Positions 23,074 through 35,170 are shown, numbered from the stretch's first letter. The stretch is DNA of 64,000 nucleotides from Epithemia pelagica (GCA_946965045.2 OX337235.1:3472001-3536000), one strand, 5' to 3'. Notes: generated by a model not told the origin, from the letters alone. Numbers and translations are program-made.

Positions 23074-25074
23074 TTATGAATTTTGAAATCCAGACAATCG
23101 GGAAAGGTAGCGTAACCCTTCCATGGGGGAAACAAGGTCCTGTTGGTGACTGTAATAGAGTTGCGAGAAATCACGTTCCCATCGAAGTCCATACGGAGCC
23201 GACACGAGGGTTCCGTCCTCATCGTCATCCCTGTCGGTTCGTGCCTTGTGAGGCGTAGGGATCAAGGACAAGGCCGTGGCTTCATCGCTGGTATCACCAC
23301 AAGTAAATCGTTCACCCCGTATCAGGCGGCTGCTGTTGCTGCCGGGTCCACAGGACGACAAGTCCAAGATTCGTTTGGCTTCTGGATGAGACAACGATGA
23401 CGACAAGAGTGAATGGGAGGATGGCGGTCCACAGGACAGATCCATAATGTCACTGGTATCTTCGTAGTCTGGATTTCCCAGGATCATGGTGGTGGGTGGG
23501 GCGCACGACGATAGATTCATCATGTCGTTAGTCTTGCCTGAATGACTCATGGGGGCACAGGACAGATCCATGACTTGTTGAACGACTCCACTCGCGGATT
23601 CGGGAAAGGTTCGAGTGCTTCGTTTGGTTCTTCTACTTTGTTTCGATCGATCGTACGTATTCACGTCCGTTTCTTCATCGTCGTCATAGTCATCCTCGGT
23701 AATATCATCATCCTCGTCATCGTCCTCTGTGGCATCATCGGTTGCGTCATCAGCGGTATCATCGTCATCCTCGTCTTCGTCGTCGTCCTCCTCCTCATCG
23801 TCATCATCCGCTTTCCAGGAGGTATTGTCTGACGAATCCACCGTTGTCAAGAGGGTGTTGCAGCTAGCCATGGCAAAGGGATTGGAGCAATCTTGCAAGA
23901 ACGTTCCTCCTGCTCCTCCCCAAAAGGATGTTTGTCGATTCGATGGACGCTTCTTGTCGTTTCGGACCAGCCGTTTCTTCAAGTCTTGATACAATTCTTG
24001 CTGGGTCCGCCACCCGACCGGGCGTTGTTGTGGAGGTTTCACCTTGGAAAAGGCCGAGCGTCCCGATCGTGGGGGACTGGCATCTTGTCGTCGTTGTTCC
24101 ATGGCGGTATCTCCTGGTCGGTCCAAATCTGGGTATCGAGGACTTGGTGTCGCTGTCACAACCGCTGACGATTGTTGTGCGTTGGCATGTCCCTCCTTGT
24201 TGGCGGTGCTAGGAACATCGTCTCGACAATCTTGTGGTGCTTGTTGCTGCTCCTGCTGCGATTGGGGAGAGGATTGCTGCTGTTTCGGAGACTGTTGTTT
24301 TCGGCCAAAATACGAAAAGATGGAATCGCGTTTTTTTCGTAGAAGAGCCGCCTTTTCGGCGGTTGCAGCGACGGCCGGAGTCGTTCCAACTGGTTTGGCG
24401 GTGGATGGACCATTGTTGGTGGCAGTGGTGGTCTCGGTGGATGCACTTTCCTTCTTGCTGCTGTGCGAGGCTTTGGTCAATGGTGACATTACAGTGTTAA
24501 TATTGGAGGAAGATGCCTCATTTGTACCTGTCGTTGTTTTTTCAGAAGTGGTTGGTGCGGCAACAGCAGGTTCTCGAGGAGGTAGGGAAGGAACGCGTGG
24601 CATGAAAATGCTCAATCCCAGAGAAGACAAGTCATCCAATGGCTCTTTTTCATCCGTTTGCATAAACCATTGTTCTTTGTTGGGCAGAGATCGTATCTTT
24701 TTGGGCAACTGTGGTGGTAGCTGTTGTGGGACTACCGTCGTCGTAGTAGTGGTGGGAGGAGGATTCGTAGTATTGGTGGGAGTACTCTTGGAGGGGAAGG
24801 AGGATTTTCGTCCTTTGCGAAGGCTCAAAGCCGCCGTCCAATGAGGAGTCGTATTGCTGTTTGCGTTGTTGTTGCCGTTTGATGTAGACAAGGCTGTTGT
24901 TGTCGTTGCTGTAGTGGCTACTGCGGGAACTTCTTGATTGGGAATGGGAATAAACTGTTGTTCCTGGACAGGATATTCTGGTGTTTTGGATGCACCAGTA
25001 GTCGTGGCTATCGTTTCGTTGTTGGGCTGCTTCCTGCCGGCTCCGGCGGAAGCTTTTCGTTGTCCTGATGGCAT
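23074..25074 (-). CDS. Hypothetical disordered protein with T/Q-rich and D/E-rich tracts
   Basis: Part of the 714-aa ORF 23074..25218; the ATG at 25074 (MPSGQRK) is my preferred start. Poly-D/E tract near 23690-23810. Confidence 0.68.
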   Translation of the reverse strand: MPSGQRKASAGAGRKQPNNETIATTTGASKTPEYPVQEQQFIPIPNQEVPAVATTATTTTALSTSNGNNNANSNTTPHWTAALSLRKGRKSSFPSKSTPTNTTNPPPTTTTTTVVPQQLPPQLPKKIRSLPNKEQWFMQTDEKEPLDDLSSLGLSIFMPRVPSLPPREPAVAAPTTSEKTTTGTNEASSSNINTVMSPLTKASHSSKKESASTETTTATNNGPSTAKPVGTTPAVAATAEKAALLRKKRDSIFSYFGRKQQSPKQQQSSPQSQQEQQQAPQDCRDDVPSTANKEGHANAQQSSAVVTATPSPRYPDLDRPGDTAMEQRRQDASPPRSGRSAFSKVKPPQQRPVGWRTQQELYQDLKKRLVRNDKKRPSNRQTSFWGGAGGTFLQDCSNPFAMASCNTLLTTVDSSDNTSWKADDDDEEEDDDEDEDDDDTADDATDDATEDDDEDDDITEDDYDDDEETDVNTYDRSKQSRRTKRSTRTFPESASGVVQQVMDLSCAPMSHSGKTNDMMNLSSCAPPTTMILGNPDYEDTSDIMDLSCGPPSSHSLLSSSLSHPEAKRILDLSSCGPGSNSSRLIRGERFTCGDTSDEATALSLIPTPHKARTDRDDDEDGTLVSAPYGLRWERDFSQLYYSHQQDLVSPMEGLRYLSRLSGFQNS

Positions 25075-26028
25075 GGTGACCTTGTTTAATCCAAAATATG
25101 CGTTTCCTCCTCCTGTATGACTCCTTCGTTGAAAGATACGAACTATTTCTTGCTCTCTCGCTCTCCCTTCGACTGATGACCTCGTGTAGAAAACACAGTT
25201 GTGGAAACGATGAAACAAAACACTGTTCTACGAGCCGATAACAAGAGCTGTTCGGGTGACTTGCGCATTTTGTCTGGGGAGGAAGGGTTATTCACATGGC
25301 GCTGCTCCATGAAAAACCTAGTCATTGTTTGTTCTAGAGTCTGTGAGTGTGTTCGAATGGTATTATTGGGCCTGGGTACTGAAAAAAGAGTGGAACTTGC
25401 GCCATGCGCACCTTCCATGGAGAGAAATGTTTGGATTTTGGAAAAAGTGGGCGAGAGAAGTCTTTCGTCTGCCGTTGTACGAGAACCCCCAATAATAGCC
25501 CCATCCGTTGTTCGCGGCGCGTTGTCTGTCTTTGACGTTTTTCTGTAGAAATCTTAGTACTCTTTCATCGAATCTGGCACGCAAGAATTTGAAGTGCCCC
25601 GTGTCACATCACGTAAGTGCGTCGTACGTCGTACGTGCGTATACTTGCTTTCCCTCACAATTTCGTTCAGCTCTGGATCCAAACTCTCGACAAAATTATT
25701 TTCCTCTACAATTCGGAATAGACTTCAAGTGTTCTGTATATCTTAGACTGCTCGCCATTCGACAACAAGAGATAGGCCACACCAGTTTGTTGAAACGTTT
25801 CTCTCCACTAAGGTTATAGCTAGGAGTCTCACACACTACATGCAATACTGATAGAATAAGGCGCATCGCATACAAAGATTTTAGGACATGGCCTTCTATG
25901 AACAAATAAAGAATCATTATCATTCGTACTGCCGAATGGTGCTTGTAGTTTCGTCCGAGATTGATGTCTGCTCTCGTCGTACATGTTCGATCCTGTGCTG
26001 GATCACATTCTTGGTATAGTGTATACCA

Positions 26029-29000
26029 CTACCGAGAAGATTTTGAATTCAGTTTTTTTAACTTGGAGGAATGCTTGGCCAATTTGGCCCGTTTCGTTAC
26101 CTTGGAGCCTGATGCTGGTGAGGCCGAAGAAGAAGCAGTCGAAGGACTCGAGGGTATCGAGGAGGGTGTGGATGAGGATGGCGTCGTTGGTGTAGACGAA
26201 GCACTATCCGTGTCGAGGCCTTCGGAGCCTAGTAATTTGGCTCGATCCAAAGGAGCCATTCGAAGAATGGTGTTCTTGTGAGCGATAATGTCGCGTCGAC
26301 TGGAAGGAATGTTACTGGTAAAGGTTTCCAAGCTATCCATGGAAATGGCTGTGGTGGCCGATTCGGCAGCCGAGAGTTCATCAAGATCCGCCACTGTCGC
26401 AGGAACAAGAGAAGGTCCAAACAGACCGGCAAAGGGGGATGCAAAGTAACTCGAAAGACTGTTGGAGGGATCTTGGTATGGATCGTACCGACGACGAGGC
26501 GCCAGATTGACCGGTGGGCGTGATGGTTCTTGTTTCTCCTCGTCCTCCTCCTTTTGCTCTGTGACGTTGGGCGACCCCGAACGGGCTCGCTCCGGTGTAA
26601 TGGATCGTTCTTCGACATCCAAGGAAATCTTGACGGAACGACGGGAATCCACGGTTGCTTCATCGTGATCTCTGGCTCGGAAACGATTCTTTCGAGATAA
26701 TTTCTTTGAGGTGATGGTAGGTTTCTTGAGAATGCCTTGCGGCTTTTCCACGACAGGCTTGATCGGGGGGTCCTTTGAGGTATCCTTTTCATTACCTTCT
26801 GGTAAAGACTCGTCAACGGGTGGAACTTGAGTTAAGACTCTTGTCTTCTTCCTTCGACCTAGAGAAGATGTTTCGCTTGAACTAGACTTGTCTGCATCCT
26901 TTTCGTCCTCCACTGGGTTTTGCTTTTCTGCCTTCAGCTCGAAGTCTGTGTCAACGTTGGTTTTGTTTCTTTCGGTACTTGTCGTTGACTGTTCTTCGTT
27001 GGATTCTGGTACAACGTCCGATGTCCCTACATCCTTTTGTTTTACGGTGTTTTCACTTGCCTTGGCCTTTGTGTTCTTTCGATCTTTTTCTGGAGACGGG
27101 CGTCTAGCATTCTTCCTTCCACTCAGACGCGATTCCCTGAAGCGATTCACTAATCTGGAACCAGGTTTCGTCTTTGTGTTTGGTTGCCCTCTTCGTCCAG
27201 TGTCATTGTTGATGCTGGACTGCCCTTCAGCCTCAGTCTCACCATTGACTACTGTCATGGAAGAAGTTTCCTTGTTGTTGGACTCTCCGCCTGCATCGGC
27301 TTCATCCGGGATCAATGCCTTCGGTACAGTTTGCTCAACAACAGTTTCTCCAGTGTTTTCCACTGTTGTGCCAGAATCGTTGGAAGTCTCCTTGTTCGAC
27401 AAACTTGATTCTTTTGGTTCAGCTTCCTTGCCATTTTCTTGCGGCGAATCGACGACGACGTCCCGTTCCTTCTTTCTTTGTGTCCTGGACTTTGTGGACT
27501 TCAGTCGCGGTGAAAAGAAACTTGAGAAAAAGCCCCTATCTTCATTTTCTGTTGTTTGCAGGTTTGATAAGAAACCGGAGAACAAGGAATCTTCCACCGT
27601 TTGTTCTTTCCTGTTGTCACTATTTCCCGTCATCTCTTGTGTTTCGGATTCGTCTGAAATTTCTTTGTGGTCCGAGGATGGTTTCAGAGGTTCCTTTGTT
27701 TCTTTGTCCATGTCAGGGGACAAACACTCTTCCTCCGTATCTTGTTTGCTTTCACTTTGATCTGAACTGGACTCTTGTCTTTTTCTAACCTCTGAATCGT
27801 TCGTCTCGGTGTTCTTTGAGTTGTCCCGTTGTGGCCGAAACAAACCGGAAAACATTGTTTCTTCGACATGGCGACTTTCTTCTGATTCTTCAGGATTACT
27901 CTCTGAGTTGTCTTGGCCCATGTGTAACTCGGCTGAGGTGGAATTTGTTGGAACGGCTGCAGTTGAGGTCTCCTGGGCATCACCGATCTGCGATACTGAA
28001 GAATCACCAGCATTGTCAGCCAGACTGCCATTTTCAGCAGGAACCTTGTGTTCATCCAAACTGGCCTTTGGCTCTTTTCCGACGTCCGAACTTGACGGCT
28101 GCTCCTCTTTCGCAGTCTCTTCTGGTACTTCGTTCGATATTGATGATGGTGTACTTCCTCCTTCCGACTCGGGAGTCGTTCCTTTGTCAGTCGCCTCGGC
28201 TATTGCCTTGGAAGGTTCTTTCTTTTCTGCCTGTGCACGGCGTCGGGATATTCGATTCCACCAACGTCCCGACTTTCTGGACTTTGGTCGACTCGTTTTC
28301 TCATCTGCTACTGAGTCAGTCTCCAGTTGCTGATCATTGGTATCCTCGCTAACGCCCGCGGCGGATTTATTGTCCTTTTCTTCCTGAGAGGCTTCTTGTG
28401 CATTTTCTTGCTGTTGCTTCGTCTCTGTATCATCCAGTACAGTGCCACTTGTCTCTCGTTGTTTCTCCGATATTTGACTCTCATCAATTGTTTCTTGGGA
28501 AAGCGATGTAGAAGTATCGCCAGCAATGGTCTCCTTTGCATCCGTTACAATGCCACACAAGGCTGGATGGAAGAATTGGTCCACGTGGGATTCCATGGAT
28601 CCACACACATCACCAATACCATCAAATGATGCATATCGATTCGTTTTGGATACCGTACTAAGTGCTGTGATCGACGTATAAGAGTCAACACGCACACCCT
28701 CGCCTTGTTCTTCTGCTGGTGAAGATACTTCTTCCAACTCTTGCATCTTTTCGGATGGTTCGAAGCCAGCAGTTTCTTCAGTGGGAGGGAGCCTCTCAAT
28801 GTCCTCTTCCTTCTTGTCCGCCGTCTTCGTTCCTTTCGAAACAGAATCTTTGGAAGACGACCCGGATCCTTCTCGTACTAGTGGTTCTCTGGTTTCGGGG
28901 GAATCTTCTCTGGTTTCTTGTGGGTTCTCAATTTCTCCGCGTCCTTCGTACTCCATTTGCGTTGAAAGATGCTGTGTCACAATCGAAACGCAACCAAAGG

Positions 29001-30356
29001 TATCGTCGCAATCAGCTACGGCAAAGCTGGAAGGACCAAAGAGTGCACCCGGTTCTCGAAAGTAGGGATCCGTGCTCAGCGTACTGTCATCGCTGCGTCG
29101 ACCACTTCGACCACCGCGCTTTTTGCGGCGTTCCGATGATGGCAACGAAAATCCTCCACTTTGATTGTCCTCTGGAATTGTTCCGTCGGTAACATCGTTG
29201 GTCGTGTCTAAATCGCCTCGATTGGAGATTCCAAAAAAGTTGGAAAAGGTTGAAGTTGTTGGTTTTCCGGCACCCGTCGCTGCATCGTGTTTGCTCTTCT
29301 TCTTCTTCTTCTTCTTTTTCGTCCCCTGTTCGGCCGTGCCTTGTTTTGTTTTGGGAGGACTGCTCTTATGTCTTCGACTGGGAGACCGACTTTTCTTGTT
29401 GGATAGAATAGGGTCTACAGCTTCCGGCTGCTGCTGCTGCTGCTGAACTTTTCTGGATCCAGATTTAGAAGAAGATTGCGACTCTGTTGTCGCCTTTGCT
29501 CTTCTCAATGCCGTTGTGGGGGAGGATCGTCTCGGGGGAGAGTTACGAGAGTGTTTCCTGTGGTCTCGTTCTTTGCTGAGTCGACGTGGCGACCGACGTC
29601 GGGAAGTGGAGGAGGAATCGGGGGAACTTCGACTGGATCTCCCTCGACGACTGGGCGATGGACTGGAACCATGCGAGGCAGACGATCGTGCACTACCCAC
29701 ACTGGCACTGCTTTTTCTGGATTTTCGTTTCAAATACTCATCATCCAAAACGGCAAAGTTTCCAGGCACGGAAGGATCGTAAATCACCATGCGACCCGGC
29801 GAACGACTGCGTCGTCGATAACCACCACGAACTTTACTGCTGCCATACTGCTCGTGTCTCCGTCTTTACTATAAGTACTGGCCGTGGACGGTCGTCGCGT
29901 ACGACGGGGTGAATTCTTTTTGGGAGGGTACACCACGGTACGAATGTTGGAGGATGGAGAATTGCTTCGACTGCGACTGGGACTCCGACTGCGTTGTCGT
30001 CCCCGACTGCGGCCTCGTGATCGCATGGGACTGCTACTGGAACTCCGAATGCTTTTGCGACTGTCACGACTGGCAATGGAGGATGCGTCCGTGACCGATC
30101 GTCCCGATGTGCTCGTGTTGCTGCTGCTGGATAATTTCCCTTGACGCAAGGCAGAGGGCAAGGGTGGACGACGACCTCTCGTGGTCGTTTCGTTGTTGTG
30201 CGGCTGGTGAGAGTCTGAATGAGGACTGGCTTGCTCTTCATTCTCCACCTCCTTGTTTACGTCTCTTTCTCCAGCCGGAGGCTTGATAACGGTGGTAGAA
30301 ATCGTGGTAGCCGTATCGGCAAAGTTTACTTTCGGTGTCCGAGTTTCCGTTCGCAT
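26029..30356 (-). CDS. Large disordered S/K/E/R-rich protein; ORFs 29784..30356 and 26029..29790 joined by a 1-nt frameshift near 29845
   Basis: The upstream frame reads ...KDGDTSS and the downstream frame is open from EQYGSSKVRGGYRRRSRSPGRMVIY. Both have the same RS-rich style. No domain recognised. Confidence 0.62.
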
Positions 30357-30923
30357 AGTGCTGGTTTGCTTGTTGGTGGATGCAGCTCAGGACTACGAAT
30401 GGTGGTGATTATTGACCAACAAAGGAACTCCAGCGGAACGACAAGAAGGGAGCTTGGCAATCACACAAGAGGCGCTTTGTTGTTATTGTTGGAGTGGTTG
30501 CTGCTGATGAGAAGAGTCACAACCAACCAAATGGAACAAGCATGCGAAAAAAGGAAAATCTCTCTTGCTGTTGTTGCTATGGCAATACAGAATGAACAGG
30601 ATGCGTTGTCCGTTGATATGTTCCTAGAGGAAGTCTGCCATGGCTCTCCTCCCTCTTCGTGTCTATGTATTTGAAACCAAACGGACGCTGAGCTAGCCAG
30701 GTTGCCGTTGGATAGAAGTGCTACGTCGTTGGCATTTCAAGATCATAGAACCAAGTTCTCTAGAAATTCTTGCCTTTTTACCGTCCCAGGTGCGCCAAGA
30801 GAGAGAAGGAAGGCCAAGCCGTTGAGCGCTCCAGGTCTGCTGCCCAGCATTATGTGTGTTTCTTAAATTATGAGAGCAGCCTCTTCGCCACTCGTGCAAT
30901 CACATTCCTATGATATTAATACT

Positions 30924-31298
30924 AACTCCATACCAGACTGTGTAGGTAGTTCGTCTCACATTTTTATACTACAGTAGGAATTTTTTGTACGACCGGGAAG
31001 TAGTTTCGTGCGAGTCGCGCGGTTTCCCTCTCGTGTGTGACACTTGTGTGACACTTTGTGACATGGCTTCCAGGAATTTCTCACTACCTACACAGCTTGA
31101 TAGGGAGTAAGTTTACTACTTCCCTGTGTCTGGCCGTCCTCTCGCGTCGGGCGCGCCCGGCTTGTCGGGAGAATGACTCAACGGGCAATTGTCTTGTCGG
31201 GCGTGCGCCCTCCTCGACCATTGCCCTCCTCGTCATTCTACCCTCCGCGCCGGGCGGTCCCTCCTTGAAAGGACTCGACACCGGGAAGTATTAATACT
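30924..31298 (+). repeat. 375-bp repeat copy B (first unit of head-to-tail dimer)
   Basis: Unit AACTCCATACC...GAAGTATTAATACT; preceded by TATTAATACT at 30914-30923. Confidence 0.93.
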
Positions 31299-31673
31299 AA
31301 CTCCATACCAGACTGTGTAGGTAGTTCGTCTCACATTTTTCTACTACAGTAAGAATTTATTGTACCTCCGGGAAGTAGTTTCGTGCGAGTCGCGCGGTTT
31401 CCCTCTCGTGTCTGACACTTGTGTGACACTTTGTGACATGGCTTCCAGGAAATTCTCACTACCTACACAGCTTGATAGGGAGTAAGTTTACTACTTCCCT
31501 GTGTCTGGCCGTCCTCTCGCGTCGGGCGCGCCCGGCTTGTCGGGAGAATGACTCAACGGGCAATTGTCTTGTCGGGCGTGCGCCCTCCTCGACCATTGCC
31601 CTCCTCGTCATTCTACCTTCCGCGCCGGGCGGTCCCTCCTTGAAAGGACTCGACACCGGGAAGTATTAATACT
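31299..31673 (+). repeat. 375-bp repeat copy C (second unit of dimer)
   Basis: Near-identical to copy B with a handful of substitutions; joined without spacer. Confidence 0.93.
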
Positions 31674-32154
31674 ACTTAGGCCATGAAATTCCGATAATGG
31701 TTGGGTGTAGTCGATACCAGTATAGTAATTAACATCATGACGGTTAATGGATCTTCTCAACGGCTCCCCGGATATGGTGTGACCGCATGCTGAATGAGAA
31801 GGATTACTTAGAGGAAATTTTGCCAATTGGCTGGTCCGGCTCGAAACCACGCATGCCAAGTTTCCTCGCTCCTCCCCCAGAGCAGCTACCTGTGCTTTAA
31901 TACAACTACCCCAACTACTGGGTAAATCCGTCTCCACTAGCTAGGACAAGAGTCCCAAAGATGGAGAATAATCGAAGTAGCAAACTTCGGGATAGAGTCG
32001 CCATGTCGGAACACACAAGATCCATTAATATAGTCCGTAATGGACTGTCATTCACATGTTCACGAGCACCGATTTTCTTCCCACCAATACAATCTGGACC
32101 GCGTGAACTCAAGGGGACCTGGGTAGAGCGAATTCAATCACTATATCAAGTGTC

Positions 32155-32460
32155 TCACGGCCAGCCGGTGTTCAAGGCAAAGTCATGATCCATCAACTGT
32201 GCAAAGGCCCACATCATATCGGACAGTGCCACATTGGCTTTGTCGATGAAGTCATCTGATGGAGCAAAGATGAGATTGCTGATAGCTCGAGGCGAGAGCC
32301 CATCAACTGGCTGGTCTCCATCATCTTTGTAGTCAGCCTTTCCGAGTCGGAGCAAGCGAGCTTCTGCCATTGCCAAAGGATGGTGGATTCCATCAATGGG
32401 ACCGAAATTGGAGGTCGCCTTGAGAATTGAGTTCTCGTACTCGTAGAGGTATTCTCGTAC
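32155..32460 (-). pseudogene. Truncated heme peroxidase paralogue (N-terminal part of catalytic domain)
   Basis: LLRLGKADYKDD...SPRAISNLIF...SDMMWAFAQLMDHDFAL parallels MLRIGEADYADG...NPRMISNLIF...SDMVWAFGQLLDHDFAL of the neighbouring gene, then stops. Confidence 0.82.
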
Positions 32461-32976
32461 TTTTACGACTTCATACAATGCGGGTCCCCATCCCCCACAG
32501 CGCCTGTCGAGACTCAGCCCTGTTCCGACCACAATTCTTAGTGAGGGACGTCCTCTTCAATGAGGTACTTGGAAGGTCTGGGACAGGGACAACAGGGACA
32601 AGGGACGCGTTAGAACAAGAAGCAGAAGAAGAATCCAAGGACTGGAATATCCAACGTAGGGAGTGGATCTGAACTCTTCCTCCTCATTCAATAGGGATCT
32701 TGTTTCATCTCGTTCATTCCTACCATAAACCGATTTATGTAAGCACCGATCGAAAATGCGGGTTTGGTGTACTACTATGTGTATTCTTTCTCAGAACTGT
32801 AAGCGAGCTGTTACTGATAGAGAGATCATGCCGTTCAATCAATATTTCGGATCATGTGCGCTTCTTCGTAGTGACGACAAAAAAAAGGATTATTCATTCT
32901 GATTAAAATACATTGGATTGCATGGATTTAGTCTAACAAGGTGATGATACGCTGGTTTCAGTCTTTTTGTTTGGGT

Positions 32977-35170
32977 TCATCTTTTCATCTTGAACACATT
33001 GTCGCGAATCATGTTCCTCTCAATATCTGTGTTGTCCGCAATCAAGTCGGCCATTGTCCACTCATTCCAATTCAAGATACCATCGGTGATCATTTTCAAC
33101 TCCTCGGCAACTTCCTTTCTTTTGTAGAAATGTTTGTCACCATCTCGAAGGACCTCAAATTGTTTCAACAGAATAGAACCCAACAGCTCGCCCACATTGG
33201 AACCCTTTTGAGACTTTTCGGCCAAACACCCTACCCATAGGTCCACGTCATTTGTGCTATTGTAGGCCTGACTCAATGCCTTTTGGAGACGTCGATTGCT
33301 TGTCATGTCGGAAAATCTATTGTTTGGATTGAGACCCATTGTCTTTCGCATTTCATTGTATCGCGGCAGACCATGGTCACGTCCTCTCTGAATGTTCATT
33401 GCCCCCAGATCCAATCCGTTTGCTTGGCCTTCGGGTCTATCGCCAAACAGGACCATACGAACTTCGTCCACCATCATGTGGTCGATTTTTTCGGCATGAT
33501 GGTCCACAAAGCCCATAATCAGGGCATCGATATAATGAGGTTTATCTCTCAGTAGGATCGGATCGAAAAAAGCATCGGAGAGTGACATAAATTCATACTT
33601 CATCATAATGTCCGTACTTTCGATTCCATACAACATTAAATCTCCCGACAACATGGAATGGCCAAATCGGTACGCGGCAGTGGCAAATTCGGTCATCATA
33701 CCCGGAACCACGTCGGGATTATACCCCTTGTAGCTCTTTCGGTCCACACGGGGTGCATGCTTTTTTCCCATGACGGCGGGTAAGAATTCTTCGTAGGTAA
33801 TTTTTTGAATCTGGGCTCCCACAATTTTGCGGGCCATTTGGTACAACAGCTCGTCGTCGTTTGTGTCGAATTTTTCTTGTAGCAATCCAGCCAATCGATT
33901 GTGTTCGCGGACAAAGAGTGTGTGCATGGCGGTCAGGCCCACGTGTTCATTGACTCGTTCATCACCGGCCATGAACATGGTAGGCTTTTCCGTGATGGGA
34001 TCTATGAAGGCCGGATCGGGGGGCAACAAGTCTCCTCCTGCCATTGTCGTGACGGCGAGACGCCCGCCTTCCATACTGCGCAGATGTTTCGCCATTTCGT
34101 CGGTTGATCCGTACACACAGGATCCATCAATAAAGGCCGTAATGCCATTGATCTGACTCCGAGCAACGGTGCTTATTTTTCCAGTGTCTTTGGAGACACT
34201 GGACCGCGTGAAATGAAGGCCGGGGTAGAGCGAATCGTCTTCATCCTCAATCAGAATATCAAAGGACTCCGGGTCGGTCATGGGTTGCGGCGTCAAGGCA
34301 AAGTCGTGGTCCAGCAATTGTCCAAAGGCCCACACCATATCGGAGAGTTTTGCTTTTCCGGGACTCAGCAATTTGTTTTGACGAAAAATGAGGTTGCTAA
34401 TCATGCGAGGATTGGGTCCCTCCCTTGGATCACCCCAACCATCGGCATAGTCCGCTTCTCCGATTCGGAGCATGGCAGCTCCGGTCATGGCCGCTTCATG
34501 CTCATTTCCATTAATGGATCGAAAGGTGAGCTGACTCAGATCCACCGACATTGGGTCGGGGTCTTCTTCTTCCTCCTCCTCCTCTTCTTCCTCTTCTTCT
34601 TCCTCTTCTTCTTCCTCCTCCTCTTCTTCCTCTTCTTCTTCCTCTTCTTCTTCTTCCTCCTCTTCTTCTTCTTCCTCTCCTTTTTTCTCTTTTTTCTCTT
34701 TTTTCTCTTTTTTCTCTTTTTTCTCTTTTTTCTCTTTTTTCTCTTTTTTCTCCTTTTTTCGACGTCCTGTTCGCAAATGTCGGTGGCGCATCACGTTGGT
34801 GCCACCATCTGCATGCCGTATCACAACAACGATACAGGAACCCCAAACCAAACACACCAAGAGAGAAACCAAAAAGTTGTTTGATGGAATGAGATATACG
34901 ACAACACCGGAGAGAGGCTCTTTTATTTATTAAAACACAAAAACACAACGTACCACCTGGTCGACGAATACGATGAGGGTTCAATTGCGTCACATTTTGC
35001 CCAGCTTGACGAGCCATTTGGGCATACATGCATCCTGCGTGACAGAGTAATGATGGCTGGTTTCCAAGGGTCGCCAAGACAAGTACCAGCACGGAAACGG
35101 ACGACCACCCAAGACGTTGTTGTAGTTGTGGTATGCGTCGTGTGGTTTGCAGGGACCCAGACTGTTTCAT
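32977..35170 (-). CDS. Secreted heme peroxidase of the peroxidase-cyclooxygenase (animal-type) family; exons 35170-34954 and 34808-32977
   Basis: Motifs GQLLDHD (distal Q/H), FIDGSCVYGS, AGDERVNE, REHNRLA, AAYRFGHS (proximal H), NIQRGRDHG, DLWVGCLAE. A 145-nt GTACG...GCAG intron joins exon 1 (MKQSG...SVLVLVLATLG, hydrophobic) in frame (PG-D-GG). Confidence 0.9.

Noticed and set aside
13283-30674. Many plus-strand ORFs antisense to the long low-complexity genes (also 34213-34892, 36861-38155, 47804-48787)
   Set aside because: Shadow ORFs produced by the codon bias of S/T/K/E-rich sense genes.
31058-31669. Identical 65-78-aa ORFs in the 375-bp repeat copies (also 59771-60007)
   Set aside because: They recur only because the DNA is repeated. 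Copy A disrupts them and they have no recognisable motifs.
30914-31673. CRISPR-like or satellite array (also the 27-bp duplication at 62998 and the TGACTT repeats)
   Set aside because: No regular repeat-spacer pattern and no cas genes. These are TE subterminal repeats or simple duplications.
34809-34872. Apparent signal peptide MVSLLVCLVWG at the start of the peroxidase ORF
   Set aside because: It falls in the pyrimidine-rich 3' part of a predicted GT-AG intron; an upstream exon joins in frame.
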